Positions 1 through 9,851 of a stretch of 37,414 nucleotides of DNA are shown here, in pieces; the stretch's first letter is position 1, and the number at the start of each line of letters is the position of its first letter. Source of the DNA: Candidatus Hadarchaeales archaeon (GTDB lineage: Archaea; Hadarchaeota; Hadarchaeia; Hadarchaeales; WYZ-LMO6). The stretch spans positions 1-37,414 of the forward strand of contig JAWCKR010000014.1 of NCBI GenBank assembly GCA_038851755.1, written 5' to 3'. Below the pieces are notes generated by a model. It had not been told where the DNA came from. It was given only the letters and a program-made list of their open reading frames with translations, and made no database searches. A program made the translations under genes and the position numbers.

Positions 1-182
1 CGAAGGGGCAGGTCTGGCCCATCGACCTCACCAGGGAGAAGATGGAGATCATGGTGGAGGAGGGGTACGACGGTTCGGGGAAGGATATCCTGCACTACAG
101 CTGCCTGGCGGACAGAAAGATGGGGCAGTACGGGAAGACCATCATGCTGGGGACGATGCCGTACAAGCTCCCCGAGGAGTAG
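1..182 (+). CDS. 3' end of a second copy of the unknown protein at 1849-3408 (partial, cut by window edge)
   Basis: Positions 1-186 are base-for-base identical to 3227-3412; encodes ...KGQVWPIDLTREKMEIMVEEG...MPYKLPEE*, stop TAG at 180-182. Confidence 0.85.
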   Translation, partial: KGQVWPIDLTREKMEIMVEEGYDGSGKDILHYSCLADRKMGQYGKTIMLGTMPYKLPEE

Positions 183-186
183 AAGG
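1..186 (+). repeat. Exact direct repeat, copy 1 (copy 2 at 3227-3412)
   Basis: Direct comparison: identical through ...GAGGAGTAGAAGG, then diverges (CTCA vs TTCC). Confidence 0.95.
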
Positions 187-187
187 C

Positions 188-910
188 TCAGCCAGATAGA
201 ATTATCCTGGCGTCCACGGCCCTGGCTCCCTTTCCCTCCTCGAACACGAAGATGGGATTGATGTCCATCTCCTCTATCTCAGGGAAGTCGGAGAGCAGCT
301 TCCCGGCCCTGAGCAGCATCTCCACCAGGGCCTTCAAATCCGACCTGGGCTTCCCCCTCAGCCCCTTCAGCACGGGGGAACCCTTGATCTCCTCGATCAT
401 CTCCTCCGCGTCTGCCCTTTCCAGGGGAGCCAGCCTGAAGCTCACGTCCTTCAGCACCTCCACCCAGATCCCGCCCAGGCCGAACATCACGACGGGGCCG
501 AAGGTGGGGTCCTTCATCCCCCCGATGATGACCTCCGTTCCCTGGGGTACGTACTGGGAAACGGTGACGCCCAGGATCCTGGCGTCGGAACGGTAGGCCC
601 TGGCGTTGGCCATCACCTCCTCGAAGGCTCCCTCCAGCTCCTGATCGGAGGATAAACCCACCTTCACTGCCCTGGCGTCGCTCTTGTGGAGGATGTCGGG
701 AGAACATATCTTCAGGTTGACGGGGTACCCCATCTTCCTGGCCAGCCCCAGGGCCTCCTGCTTGCTCCTGGCGAGCCCGGTGGGGTTGACGGGGATACCA
801 TAAGCCTCCAGCACCCCCTTGGCCTCGTGCTCCATAAGTTCCTTCCTTCCCTCCGCCCTGACCCCCCTGAAGATCTCCTCCGCCCTGGCCCTGGAGTCCA
901 AGAGCATCAA
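188..910 (-). CDS. acdB: ADP-forming acetate/acyl-CoA ligase beta subunit (ATP-grasp)
   Basis: LMEHEAKGVLEAYGIP, LKICSPDILHKSD, DPTFGPVVMFGLGGIWVEVLKDVSFR, EMDINP, AVDARI motifs. Confidence 0.9.
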   Translation of the reverse strand: MMLLDSRARAEEIFRGVRAEGRKELMEHEAKGVLEAYGIPVNPTGLARSKQEALGLARKMGYPVNLKICSPDILHKSDARAVKVGLSSDQELEGAFEEVMANARAYRSDARILGVTVSQYVPQGTEVIIGGMKDPTFGPVVMFGLGGIWVEVLKDVSFRLAPLERADAEEMIEEIKGSPVLKGLRGKPRSDLKALVEMLLRAGKLLSDFPEIEEMDINPIFVFEEGKGARAVDARIILSG

Positions 911-937
911 GAAAGGGGGGGACCGAGGTATAAAAAG

Positions 938-1732
938 CTACCCGCCCCTCCAAGAAGGCGAAAATCCGGTCCTCCTCCAGAACCTTCCCGTGTCCCTGAG
1001 GAAGGGCCACCTGGACCTCACCTCCCTCAAGACGGAGAGGTTCACCTCACCCTCCAGGATGGTCTCCTCCTCCCCCGCCTCCGCCAGGACCTCACCCGTG
1101 GGGGAAACCAGGAAGCTGTGCCCCACCACCTTCCTCCCGTCGGGATAGGTGGAGTGCGTGTTGTTGACGAAGGCGAAGAACACGCCGTTCTCCACCGCCC
1201 TGGTAACCCCCACCTGCCTCCAGGTGCCCACCCTGTTCTCCGGGATGTTGGAGGGGTTGAGGAGGAGCTGGGCCCCCCTGGCGGAGAGGGCCCTGCAGGG
1301 CTCCGGGTAGAGGGCGTCCACGCACACCACCACCCCCAGCTTGACTCCGCCGAGGGTGAAGGGGCCAAACTCCCTCCCCCTGCTCAGGAAGCTCCTCTCC
1401 CCCGTGGACTGCGAGGGGAAGAGCTTGTCGGAGCGCCCCACCACCCTCCCCCTTTCATCCAGGGCATAGCAGCTGCTCAGAATCCTCCCCCCTCTCCTTA
1501 GGTAGGCCCCCCCCGTGAGGAGGGAGAACCTTCCCTCTCTGGCGATCTCACCCAACTCCCCCAGCACCTCCCTCCATTCCCCTTCCTCCAGCACCTCCCT
1601 GCCCACCCAGTTCTCTGGTAGGCACACCAGATCCGCCCCGGAGATGGTGGAGAGGAGGTCCAGCATGCGCCTGAGGTTTTCCTCCCTCCTCTCCCCCCTC
1701 GCGAACTGCACGAGGGCCAGCCTTAGCCCCAT
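938..1732 (-). CDS. Carbon-nitrogen hydrolase (nitrilase superfamily)
   Basis: LALVQF start; catalytic E-K-C in CLPENW, SDKLF, VCVDALYPE; TRAVENG and GHSFLVSPTG motifs. Confidence 0.9.
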   Translation of the reverse strand: MGLRLALVQFARGERREENLRRMLDLLSTISGADLVCLPENWVGREVLEEGEWREVLGELGEIAREGRFSLLTGGAYLRRGGRILSSCYALDERGRVVGRSDKLFPSQSTGERSFLSRGREFGPFTLGGVKLGVVVCVDALYPEPCRALSARGAQLLLNPSNIPENRVGTWRQVGVTRAVENGVFFAFVNNTHSTYPDGRKVVGHSFLVSPTGEVLAEAGEEETILEGEVNLSVLREVRSRWPFLRDTGRFWRRTGFSPSWRGG

Positions 1733-1848
1733 CCTGCACCTCCTCTGGGGGAATCAGCAAAAAGCTCCATCAAACCCCACTTTCTCCGCCTCGGGAAAAA
1801 AATATATGTCAGGTGGAATAAAAGAAAAGGTTCGGGTGGGGGGATAGT

Positions 1849-3408
1849 CTGGCCTATCTGGACTACCTGGAACTGGCGCTTGGGCCCGAGGGTTTTGCGA
1901 GGCTGACGAAGAGGGCCGGCGATACCCTCCTCCTTCAGGAGGAGGTCTCGGAGGAGTTCAAGCACCTCAACCTGGGCAACCGCTTCATCCCCCCCGAGCT
2001 GTGGGAGACAGAGCCCTGGATGGCGAACTGGGTGAGGGAAAGGTACAGGTGGGAGGAGGGGCTCTATCACAGGCTCGCGTACGAGGAGTTCATGGAGTGG
2101 GCCCACAGGGTGTGGGAGGGAATCCTCCGCTGGAGGAGGGTGGTGAAGGAAAAGCCCAAACCCGAGGAACTCGCGACCACGGACTGGCTCGCCTATCTGG
2201 GGGCCCCTCCAGGTTTTCTCACCAGGCCTGACCTCGCCCTCAGGAACTCCCCCCTCACCTACCCCACCACCTTTGTCTGGTTCCATCTGGACTACTGGAA
2301 GATGGAGTTCGACTGGGCACAGGGCGTTCACTTCAGGGGTAAAATGCCACACTCCTACTGGGCCATAGGAGTGGGTGACGAGCTGGCCTCCCACATGACG
2401 GAGGAGGAGAGGATGGGCTTCCCGCGCTCCTACGCCATCTCTCCCACCAACTTCACCTACATGCCCTATCGCAAGGACCTGACCACGGGGATCAGGCTCT
2501 TCGAACTCCCGCGCAGGTACTCCTTCGACCCGCAGGAGTGGTTCCCCCTCGCCAGAAACATCGTCAGAGACTTCCTGGACGAGATGTTACCCTGCTGGTC
2601 CAAGTTCCCTCTGGTGGTCTCCCTCTCCCCCGGAGTTTCCGGCATAGGAAGCCAGCAGAGCTTCTGGAGCTTCTCCGGCTTCCTCTCCGAGGTCTGGCTG
2701 TCCATGCAGAATCACAAGCTGGGGTACCCCTTCCGCTTTTACGGTTACGAGGGGCCCAACACACCCGAGCGTGAGATCGCAACAACCATCAGCAGGGAGG
2801 GCTTCGCCAGGCTGATGGCCGGTCTCTACCTGAGGGGACCGGGTGGCATCCTTTGCGACGCCGTGGGAAAGAACTCCAGTCCGCCCAAGAGGGCTCCCCT
2901 CCTGCACTCCATCAGGAAGCTCACTTTCGAAGGGAAGATGTTCAAGGGATTCGCCGCACCCTTCGACGACGGGATACCCCCGCCCAGGGCCCTGCTCACC
3001 GCTTTCCCCGCCCCCGTCTACAAGGAAACTACGGTAGAGAAGCTGAACCTCTGGGAGAAACCGGAGAACCTGCCGAAGGAGTACAAGGAGCTCCTGGAGT
3101 CCGAGGCCGGGGTGGACTTCAGGACCGGCAGGGTACCACCCTACGACGAGGTCCCCAGGCTGAAGTGGCTGTTCGATCCCACCATAGAGTGGCTGAAGCC
3201 CAAGGACTTCCCGCCCATAGACTGGTCGAAGGGGCAGGTCTGGCCCATCGACCTCACCAGGGAGAAGATGGAGATCATGGTGGAGGAGGGGTACGACGGT
3301 TCGGGGAAGGATATCCTGCACTACAGCTGCCTGGCGGACAGAAAGATGGGGCAGTACGGGAAGACCATCATGCTGGGGACGATGCCGTACAAGCTCCCCG
3401 AGGAGTAG
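1849..3408 (+). CDS. Unknown W/F/P-rich protein (~519 aa if it starts at CTG 1849; 462 aa from ATG 2020)
   Basis: Host-like codon usage; frame is open from 1822; GGTGG SD-like site about 10 nt before CTG 1849; AT-rich promoter region 1795-1830; no family recognised. Confidence 0.75.
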   Translation: MAYLDYLELALGPEGFARLTKRAGDTLLLQEEVSEEFKHLNLGNRFIPPELWETEPWMANWVRERYRWEEGLYHRLAYEEFMEWAHRVWEGILRWRRVVKEKPKPEELATTDWLAYLGAPPGFLTRPDLALRNSPLTYPTTFVWFHLDYWKMEFDWAQGVHFRGKMPHSYWAIGVGDELASHMTEEERMGFPRSYAISPTNFTYMPYRKDLTTGIRLFELPRRYSFDPQEWFPLARNIVRDFLDEMLPCWSKFPLVVSLSPGVSGIGSQQSFWSFSGFLSEVWLSMQNHKLGYPFRFYGYEGPNTPEREIATTISREGFARLMAGLYLRGPGGILCDAVGKNSSPPKRAPLLHSIRKLTFEGKMFKGFAAPFDDGIPPPRALLTAFPAPVYKETTVEKLNLWEKPENLPKEYKELLESEAGVDFRTGRVPPYDEVPRLKWLFDPTIEWLKPKDFPPIDWSKGQVWPIDLTREKMEIMVEEGYDGSGKDILHYSCLADRKMGQYGKTIMLGTMPYKLPEE

Positions 3409-3412
3409 AAGG
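3227..3412 (+). repeat. Exact direct repeat, copy 2 (copy 1 at 1-186)
   Basis: Identical to 1-186. Confidence 0.95.
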
Positions 3413-3436
3413 TTCCAACCCGCCTCTCCTGGTTTT

Positions 3437-4648
3437 TCAACTGTTTTGAACCAAATCCCTTGGATTGCCCTCAAGCAGGCCCTTTACCCATTCACAAACC
3501 GTTATCCCGTTTATTTGCCTGGTGTAAAAGTCAGAACCGACGAGGGGGTAACCATAGAGCACCGTGTGGCCTATCCCACAGGGCAAAAATCTGAAGATGT
3601 TGTTTTCAAACTGGTCCCTGAGTTCACCCCAGACCTTCAGCAGCGTCTCTTCGAATTCCTCTCCCGTATACCACAGGAACATGTTCCCTATGACGAAGTC
3701 CCTCTTATCCTCGTAAAAGGCGTAGATACTCTCTCTGTAATTTGAATTGTCATAAAGCTCCGAGAAATACTCCAATCCATACGCTACCTCCCCCTTTTGA
3801 AGTATTATCTGTCTCACCCCTTCAGGCTGGTTCTGCAGGAAGCCCCAGCAGTGGTCTGTCATCTCCAGCGTAAAGTTGGGATTCCTCTTGGAGGTCAGCC
3901 CGGGACCCGCGTCGTTTATGATGGTTACGGGTTTGTTGAACAACTCGATCACGTTGAGAGCATGCGCGAGCGTTCCGTATCCGCCCGCGCTCGAGCCCGC
4001 CAGCACTACTTTGCCTGGGTTCGGAAGTTGCTGGGCTGCCCAACGGATGGCCACGGTCGCGTTGACGTATCCCACATGGTACACCACCTTGCTCTTCTTC
4101 GGGTTGAGGGGGTTCAGGTACTTCATCACCCTGTTGCCGGCATGAACATCGGCCGTGCAGTAAGGAATGAAGACGAAAGTCCAATCCCGGAACGGATTGG
4201 TGGGATTCTTTCTGTCGAAGATACCGCACCTGGGGGGAAGCAGTTCACATATGTAACTGAACGCCATGGTGTAGTATGTGATGAAATCCGTGGCAGCACC
4301 CCCTCCTTCCAGGTATATGAGGAGGTTGTTGGACCCACCCCTGCTCACCATGATGTACGTGCGCTTGTTATCCGCATTGACGCAGGGATGGGGCAAGTAG
4401 ACTTTTTCCCAATCGATACCATCGGCCGGGTCGTCTATTTCGAGGTCTTCCATTCCCCTCATGGAAGAAAGGTCGACCTTGAAGGGATCTGCGTAATACG
4501 GGACGAGAATTCTTCTGCAAGCGGTACCATCCACCCTGGCGCCGGTTGCGACACCCTGGGAAAAAACAAGGCAGATCAGAATCAAGATACCTGCCACTAC
4601 GAGGAGATGGCGAACCGGGTGCTTCCTGCTCCTTTGAAGCCTCCCCAA
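3437..4648 (-). CDS. Pectin acetylesterase/Notum-like secreted alpha/beta hydrolase
   Basis: Hydrophobic N-terminal signal/anchor; LLIYLEGGGA, NPFRDWTFVFIPYCTADVHAG, nucleophile GSSAGGYG. Confidence 0.8.
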   Translation of the reverse strand: MGRLQRSRKHPVRHLLVVAGILILICLVFSQGVATGARVDGTACRRILVPYYADPFKVDLSSMRGMEDLEIDDPADGIDWEKVYLPHPCVNADNKRTYIMVSRGGSNNLLIYLEGGGAATDFITYYTMAFSYICELLPPRCGIFDRKNPTNPFRDWTFVFIPYCTADVHAGNRVMKYLNPLNPKKSKVVYHVGYVNATVAIRWAAQQLPNPGKVVLAGSSAGGYGTLAHALNVIELFNKPVTIINDAGPGLTSKRNPNFTLEMTDHCWGFLQNQPEGVRQIILQKGEVAYGLEYFSELYDNSNYRESIYAFYEDKRDFVIGNMFLWYTGEEFEETLLKVWGELRDQFENNIFRFLPCGIGHTVLYGYPLVGSDFYTRQINGITVCEWVKGLLEGNPRDLVQNS

Positions 4649-4821
4649 CCTTTTTCTTTTTTGTCAGACACTTTATAAACTTTGACCATCTTGGGGGGAA
4701 ATCTTGTGATCTCACGTCAAGCTCAAGGAGTGGAATGGTGCTCAAATTCAGACCCGGGAGACCAGCACCCGGTTTCAGTGCATTCGTGAGCGAGCCGTGG
4801 GGTCTAAGGCCTAAGAGGATT

Positions 4822-5345
4822 TCACTTTATCCTCAGCCTGAGTTTCGCCAAATCTTCCCTCACCGAAACGTCAGAGCCCATCTCAGTCAGGGTTCCAAGC
4901 ACGAGTTCCTTTACAAACCTCTTAGTCAGACTGGAGTTTAGAACCAAAGTGTACTCATTTTCTGTATTCTTGTTCAGTTGATAGAAGTTACAAGTCTCTT
5001 CAGGTAATCTTCAGGTGTATTTATGACACTCGCTAGCTGTTCAGCGTGTGACTTGGCTATCTTCTTTCCCTCCTCATAAAATGACTCTTTTTTGTCGGAC
5101 GACTCGATATATTTAAGAAAGAGGAGCCAGTGATCGATATCCAAAATTATGTGCTCACCTTTCGCAAGTAGATTGGACCAAAGTTTCATGTTTTCAACCT
5201 CTTTGGCTGATTCCTTGTTCTGCGAGAAAAATCTCAATGCTGCACGAATCAACGCGCTATAGGTCACTCCCATCTCTTTAGACAGCTTTTCCACGATTTT
5301 CTCAGTCTCTTCGTCCAGCGCTATTGTTATTCTTATTTTTTCGAG
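4822..5345 (-). pseudogene. Frameshifted ribbon-helix-helix (CopG-like) regulator with C-terminal putative ligand domain
   Basis: KIRITIALDEETEKIVEKLSKEMGVTYSALIRAAL is RHH-like; reading frame shifts near 4990 and continues as CNFYQLNKNTENEYTLVLNSSLTKRFVKELVLGTLTEMGSDVSVREDLAKLRLRIK* to 4822; no canonical start after TAA 5348-5346. Confidence 0.7.
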
Positions 5346-5392
5346 TTAGACCTGCAAATGAATTAACCTCGTAGTATAAGAACCTGGTTGTT

Positions 5393-7095
<1,703 letters not shown>

Positions 7096-7145
7096 TTTCA
7101 CCAAAAGATAGAAGCAAAAAAGCGAAAATAAAACTAGTTGAGATT

Positions 7146-7165
7146 GTTTCATATCTATTATGAAA
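7146..7165. promoter_or_regulatory. Candidate operator: TTTCATA-N5-TATGAAA inverted repeat upstream of amt
   Basis: Perfect 7-bp inverted repeat; GTTTCATATCT is shared with 7343-7353. Confidence 0.45.
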
Positions 7166-7179
7166 AATTGGGATTTCAA

Positions 7180-7260
7180 TATCTCCTCTCTAACCTTCCT
7201 CTTTGTGAGGTGGGAGTACTGCCCGCCGAAGTCCAGGACTAAAATATCATTGTCTTACAT
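7180..7260 (-). pseudogene. guaA: Remnant of GMP synthase glutaminase (guaA) N-terminus
   Basis: Reads M*DNDILVLDFGGQYSHLTKRKVREEI, matching the ILVLDFGGQY.HLI.R.VRE start of GuaA; stop at codon 2, remainder absent. Confidence 0.75.
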
Positions 7261-7342
7261 GCCGTTACGTCCCTATTGAAATCTCCGCATGCTTTTCAAA
7301 GATACTTTCAAAAATAATGTCGGCGCAAATCCTAAAATAGTG

Positions 7343-7360
7343 GTTTCATATCTTTTCATA
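7343..7360. promoter_or_regulatory. Candidate operator: TTTCATA direct repeat at 10-bp spacing upstream of glnA
   Basis: GTTTCATATCTTTTCATA; same half-site as the amt-side palindrome. Confidence 0.4.
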
Positions 7361-7417
7361 CTTTCTCACACCTTTTCTCAACAACAGTTAAGTTTTGAAT
7401 TTTATTAGGTAAACACG

Positions 7418-8758
7418 ATGAAAGTGAAAGAAAATACCGAGGCAGAAGCTGAAGTTTTGAATCGGGTGAAAAAGGAAGACGTGAAGTTCATTAGACTCTG
7501 GTTTCCGGATATTCTTGGACAACTGAAGAGCTTCGCTATTCCTTCTGAGGAACTGGAGAAGGCTTTCGCAGAAGGGATGGGTTTCGACGGTTCTTCCATA
7601 AAGGGTTTTGCCAGAGTCGACGAGAGCGACATGATCTCCAAGCCAGACCCTACCACTTTTGCAATTCTACCTTGGAGGCCGAGAGATAAAGCAGTGGCCA
7701 GGATGTTCTGCTACATTCTGCAACCGGATGGCAGTCCTTATGAGGGCGACTCCCGGTACATATTAAAGAGAAATTTGGAACAACTGAAGGAGAAAGGCTA
7801 CATCTTTTACGTGGGACCGGAGCTGGAATATTTCTACTTCAAGAGTAACTCCTCTCCCGAGGTCTTGGATGTGGGAGGATATTTTGACCTCACAACTCTG
7901 GATGCGGCTAGCGACTTGCGGAGGGACACGATTTTGGCCCTGGAGGAGATGGGAATAAAGGTGGAATATAGCCATCACGAGGTCGCTTTCTCCCAGCATG
8001 AGATAGACCTGCGATACACGGATGCTCTCACCATGGCAGACAACGTGATGACGTACAGGATCACGGTTAAGGAGATTGCACACAGACATGGTTTCTACGC
8101 GACATTCATGCCTAAACCAATTTTTGGGATCAACGGAAGCGGGATGCATACCCACCAGTCTTTGTTCAAAGGAAAAAGAAATGCCTTCTTCGACCCTGAT
8201 GATGAGTACCACCTCTCTGAAATTGGGAAAAGATACATAGCCGGCCTGCTGAAACATGCCCCAGAGATTACCGCTATTACCAATCAGTGGGTCAATTCCT
8301 ATAAAAGATTGGTCCCTGGGTACGAAGCGCCCGTTTACATTTCCTGGGCCCGTCGAAACAGATCTACTCTGGTGAGAGTCCCGATGTACAAACCTGGAAA
8401 GGAAGAGGCCACGAGAGTTGAGTACAGAAGCCCGGATCCCGCCTGCAACCCGTACTTATGTTTTGCGGTAATGCTAGCCGCAGGTCTAGAGGGGATAGAA
8501 AAGAAATATGAACTTCCTCCTCCGGTGGAAAAGGATGTCTATCACCTCAGCCCTGAGGAGAGGGAGAAGCTTGGAATAAAATCGCTCCCTGGAAGCCTGA
8601 AAGAAGCTTTGGAGTTGACCAAGAGAAGTGAACTCGTGCGCAAAACCATAGGGGAACATATCTTCAACGAATTCATCAAAAGCAAGGAATTGGAGTGGGA
8701 AGGATACAGGGTAATAGTCCATCCCTGGGAAATACAGCAGTATCTGCCCATTCTATAA
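7418..8758 (+). CDS. glnA: Glutamine synthetase type I
   Basis: FDGSSIKGF, ESDM, GPELEY, HHEVAFSQHEI, ATFMPKPIFGINGSGMHTHQS, NSYKRLVPGYEAP, RVEYRSPDPACNPY. Confidence 0.97.
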   Translation: MKVKENTEAEAEVLNRVKKEDVKFIRLWFPDILGQLKSFAIPSEELEKAFAEGMGFDGSSIKGFARVDESDMISKPDPTTFAILPWRPRDKAVARMFCYILQPDGSPYEGDSRYILKRNLEQLKEKGYIFYVGPELEYFYFKSNSSPEVLDVGGYFDLTTLDAASDLRRDTILALEEMGIKVEYSHHEVAFSQHEIDLRYTDALTMADNVMTYRITVKEIAHRHGFYATFMPKPIFGINGSGMHTHQSLFKGKRNAFFDPDDEYHLSEIGKRYIAGLLKHAPEITAITNQWVNSYKRLVPGYEAPVYISWARRNRSTLVRVPMYKPGKEEATRVEYRSPDPACNPYLCFAVMLAAGLEGIEKKYELPPPVEKDVYHLSPEEREKLGIKSLPGSLKEALELTKRSELVRKTIGEHIFNEFIKSKELEWEGYRVIVHPWEIQQYLPIL

Positions 8759-8768
8759 TTGGTCTATC

Positions 8769-9851
8769 ATGATGCGCATGGAGATGGATAGAGGAGGATG
8801 CTCCCTCTTCGGGATGATAGACGAAAGTGGAAGGAGGTTCAGCGGAGCCCAGGCTATAGAGGCGATTGAATCAATGCAGGAACGTGAGAACGGCCTTGGG
8901 GGAGGATTTGCCGGCTATGGGATATACCCCAGATTCAAAAATCACTACGCCTTTCATTTGCTCTATGAGGATGAAAAAGCGAAGGAATCGATCGAACAAT
9001 ACCTAGAAGAAAATTACTCAATCGAGAAGGACGAACCTATTCCAACGTGCAAAAAAGCTCAAGTGAGAAATCCTCCCATCCTCTGGCGATATTTTTTGAG
9101 CATAAAGGAGGGAAAAACTGGTAATGGAATCGACCAAGATGACTTCGTGGTTAGAACTGTGATGAAGATAAACAAAGAAAAAAATGGGGCCTTTGTGTTC
9201 TCAAGCGGCAAGAACATGGGCATCTTCAAGGGCGTTGGTTTTTCCGGTGAAGTAGGGAGATTCTTCAAATTAGAGAACTACATGGGCTATGCTTGGCTTG
9301 CCCATGGAAGGTTTCCGACAAACACGGTGGGATGGTGGGGCGGTTCTCACCCATTCGGACTGCTTGATTGGTCGGTGGTTCACAATGGAGAAATCTCATC
9401 TTATGGAATAAACAAGAGATATCTGGAAAATTTTGGATACTATTGTACGCTTTTCACGGACACCGAGGTGATAACATATCTCTTTGACCTCCTCGCGAGA
9501 AAGCACGGATTCAGTTTTGAAATCATAGGCAAGATATTGGCTGCCCCCTTCTGGGATGAGATAGGGAGGCTCCCAGAAAGTCAGAGGATGATATTCAAAA
9601 CGTTGAGGATGACGTATGGGAGTGCCCTGGTCAACGGTCCGTTCGCCACAATAATCGGTCGCACGGGAGCCATTGTCGGGATAAGTGATCGGATCAAGCT
9701 CCGCCCTCTCGTCGCCGCTCGTAAGGGCAGTGTGCTTTACCTGTCGAGCGAGGAATCTGGAATCAGGAAGGTGTGCGGGTCTCCAGATGAGGTCTGGAGA
9801 CCTAGAGCCGGAGAAGTAGTGGTAGGTAAGCTGGAGGGTGTGCATGGTTAA
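8769..9851 (+). CDS. Glutamate synthase amidotransferase domain subunit (class II GATase, GltB domain 1)
   Basis: N-terminal GCSLFG, ERENGLGGGFA, AHGRFPTNT, GGSHPF, HNGEISSY, DTEV, DRIKLRP. Confidence 0.9.
   Translation: MMRMEMDRGGCSLFGMIDESGRRFSGAQAIEAIESMQERENGLGGGFAGYGIYPRFKNHYAFHLLYEDEKAKESIEQYLEENYSIEKDEPIPTCKKAQVRNPPILWRYFLSIKEGKTGNGIDQDDFVVRTVMKINKEKNGAFVFSSGKNMGIFKGVGFSGEVGRFFKLENYMGYAWLAHGRFPTNTVGWWGGSHPFGLLDWSVVHNGEISSYGINKRYLENFGYYCTLFTDTEVITYLFDLLARKHGFSFEIIGKILAAPFWDEIGRLPESQRMIFKTLRMTYGSALVNGPFATIIGRTGAIVGISDRIKLRPLVAARKGSVLYLSSEESGIRKVCGSPDEVWRPRAGEVVVGKLEGVHG

Noticed and set aside
3409-3432. GGTTCCAACCCGCC resembling a tRNA T arm as a possible att site at the island's left end
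   Set aside because: Poor match and wrong orientation relative to the minus-strand tRNA-Met 3' end.
7096-7179. N-terminal extension of Amt in the ORF track (TTG 7179)
   Set aside because: AT-rich promoter-like sequence; ATG 7095 has a GGTGA SD.
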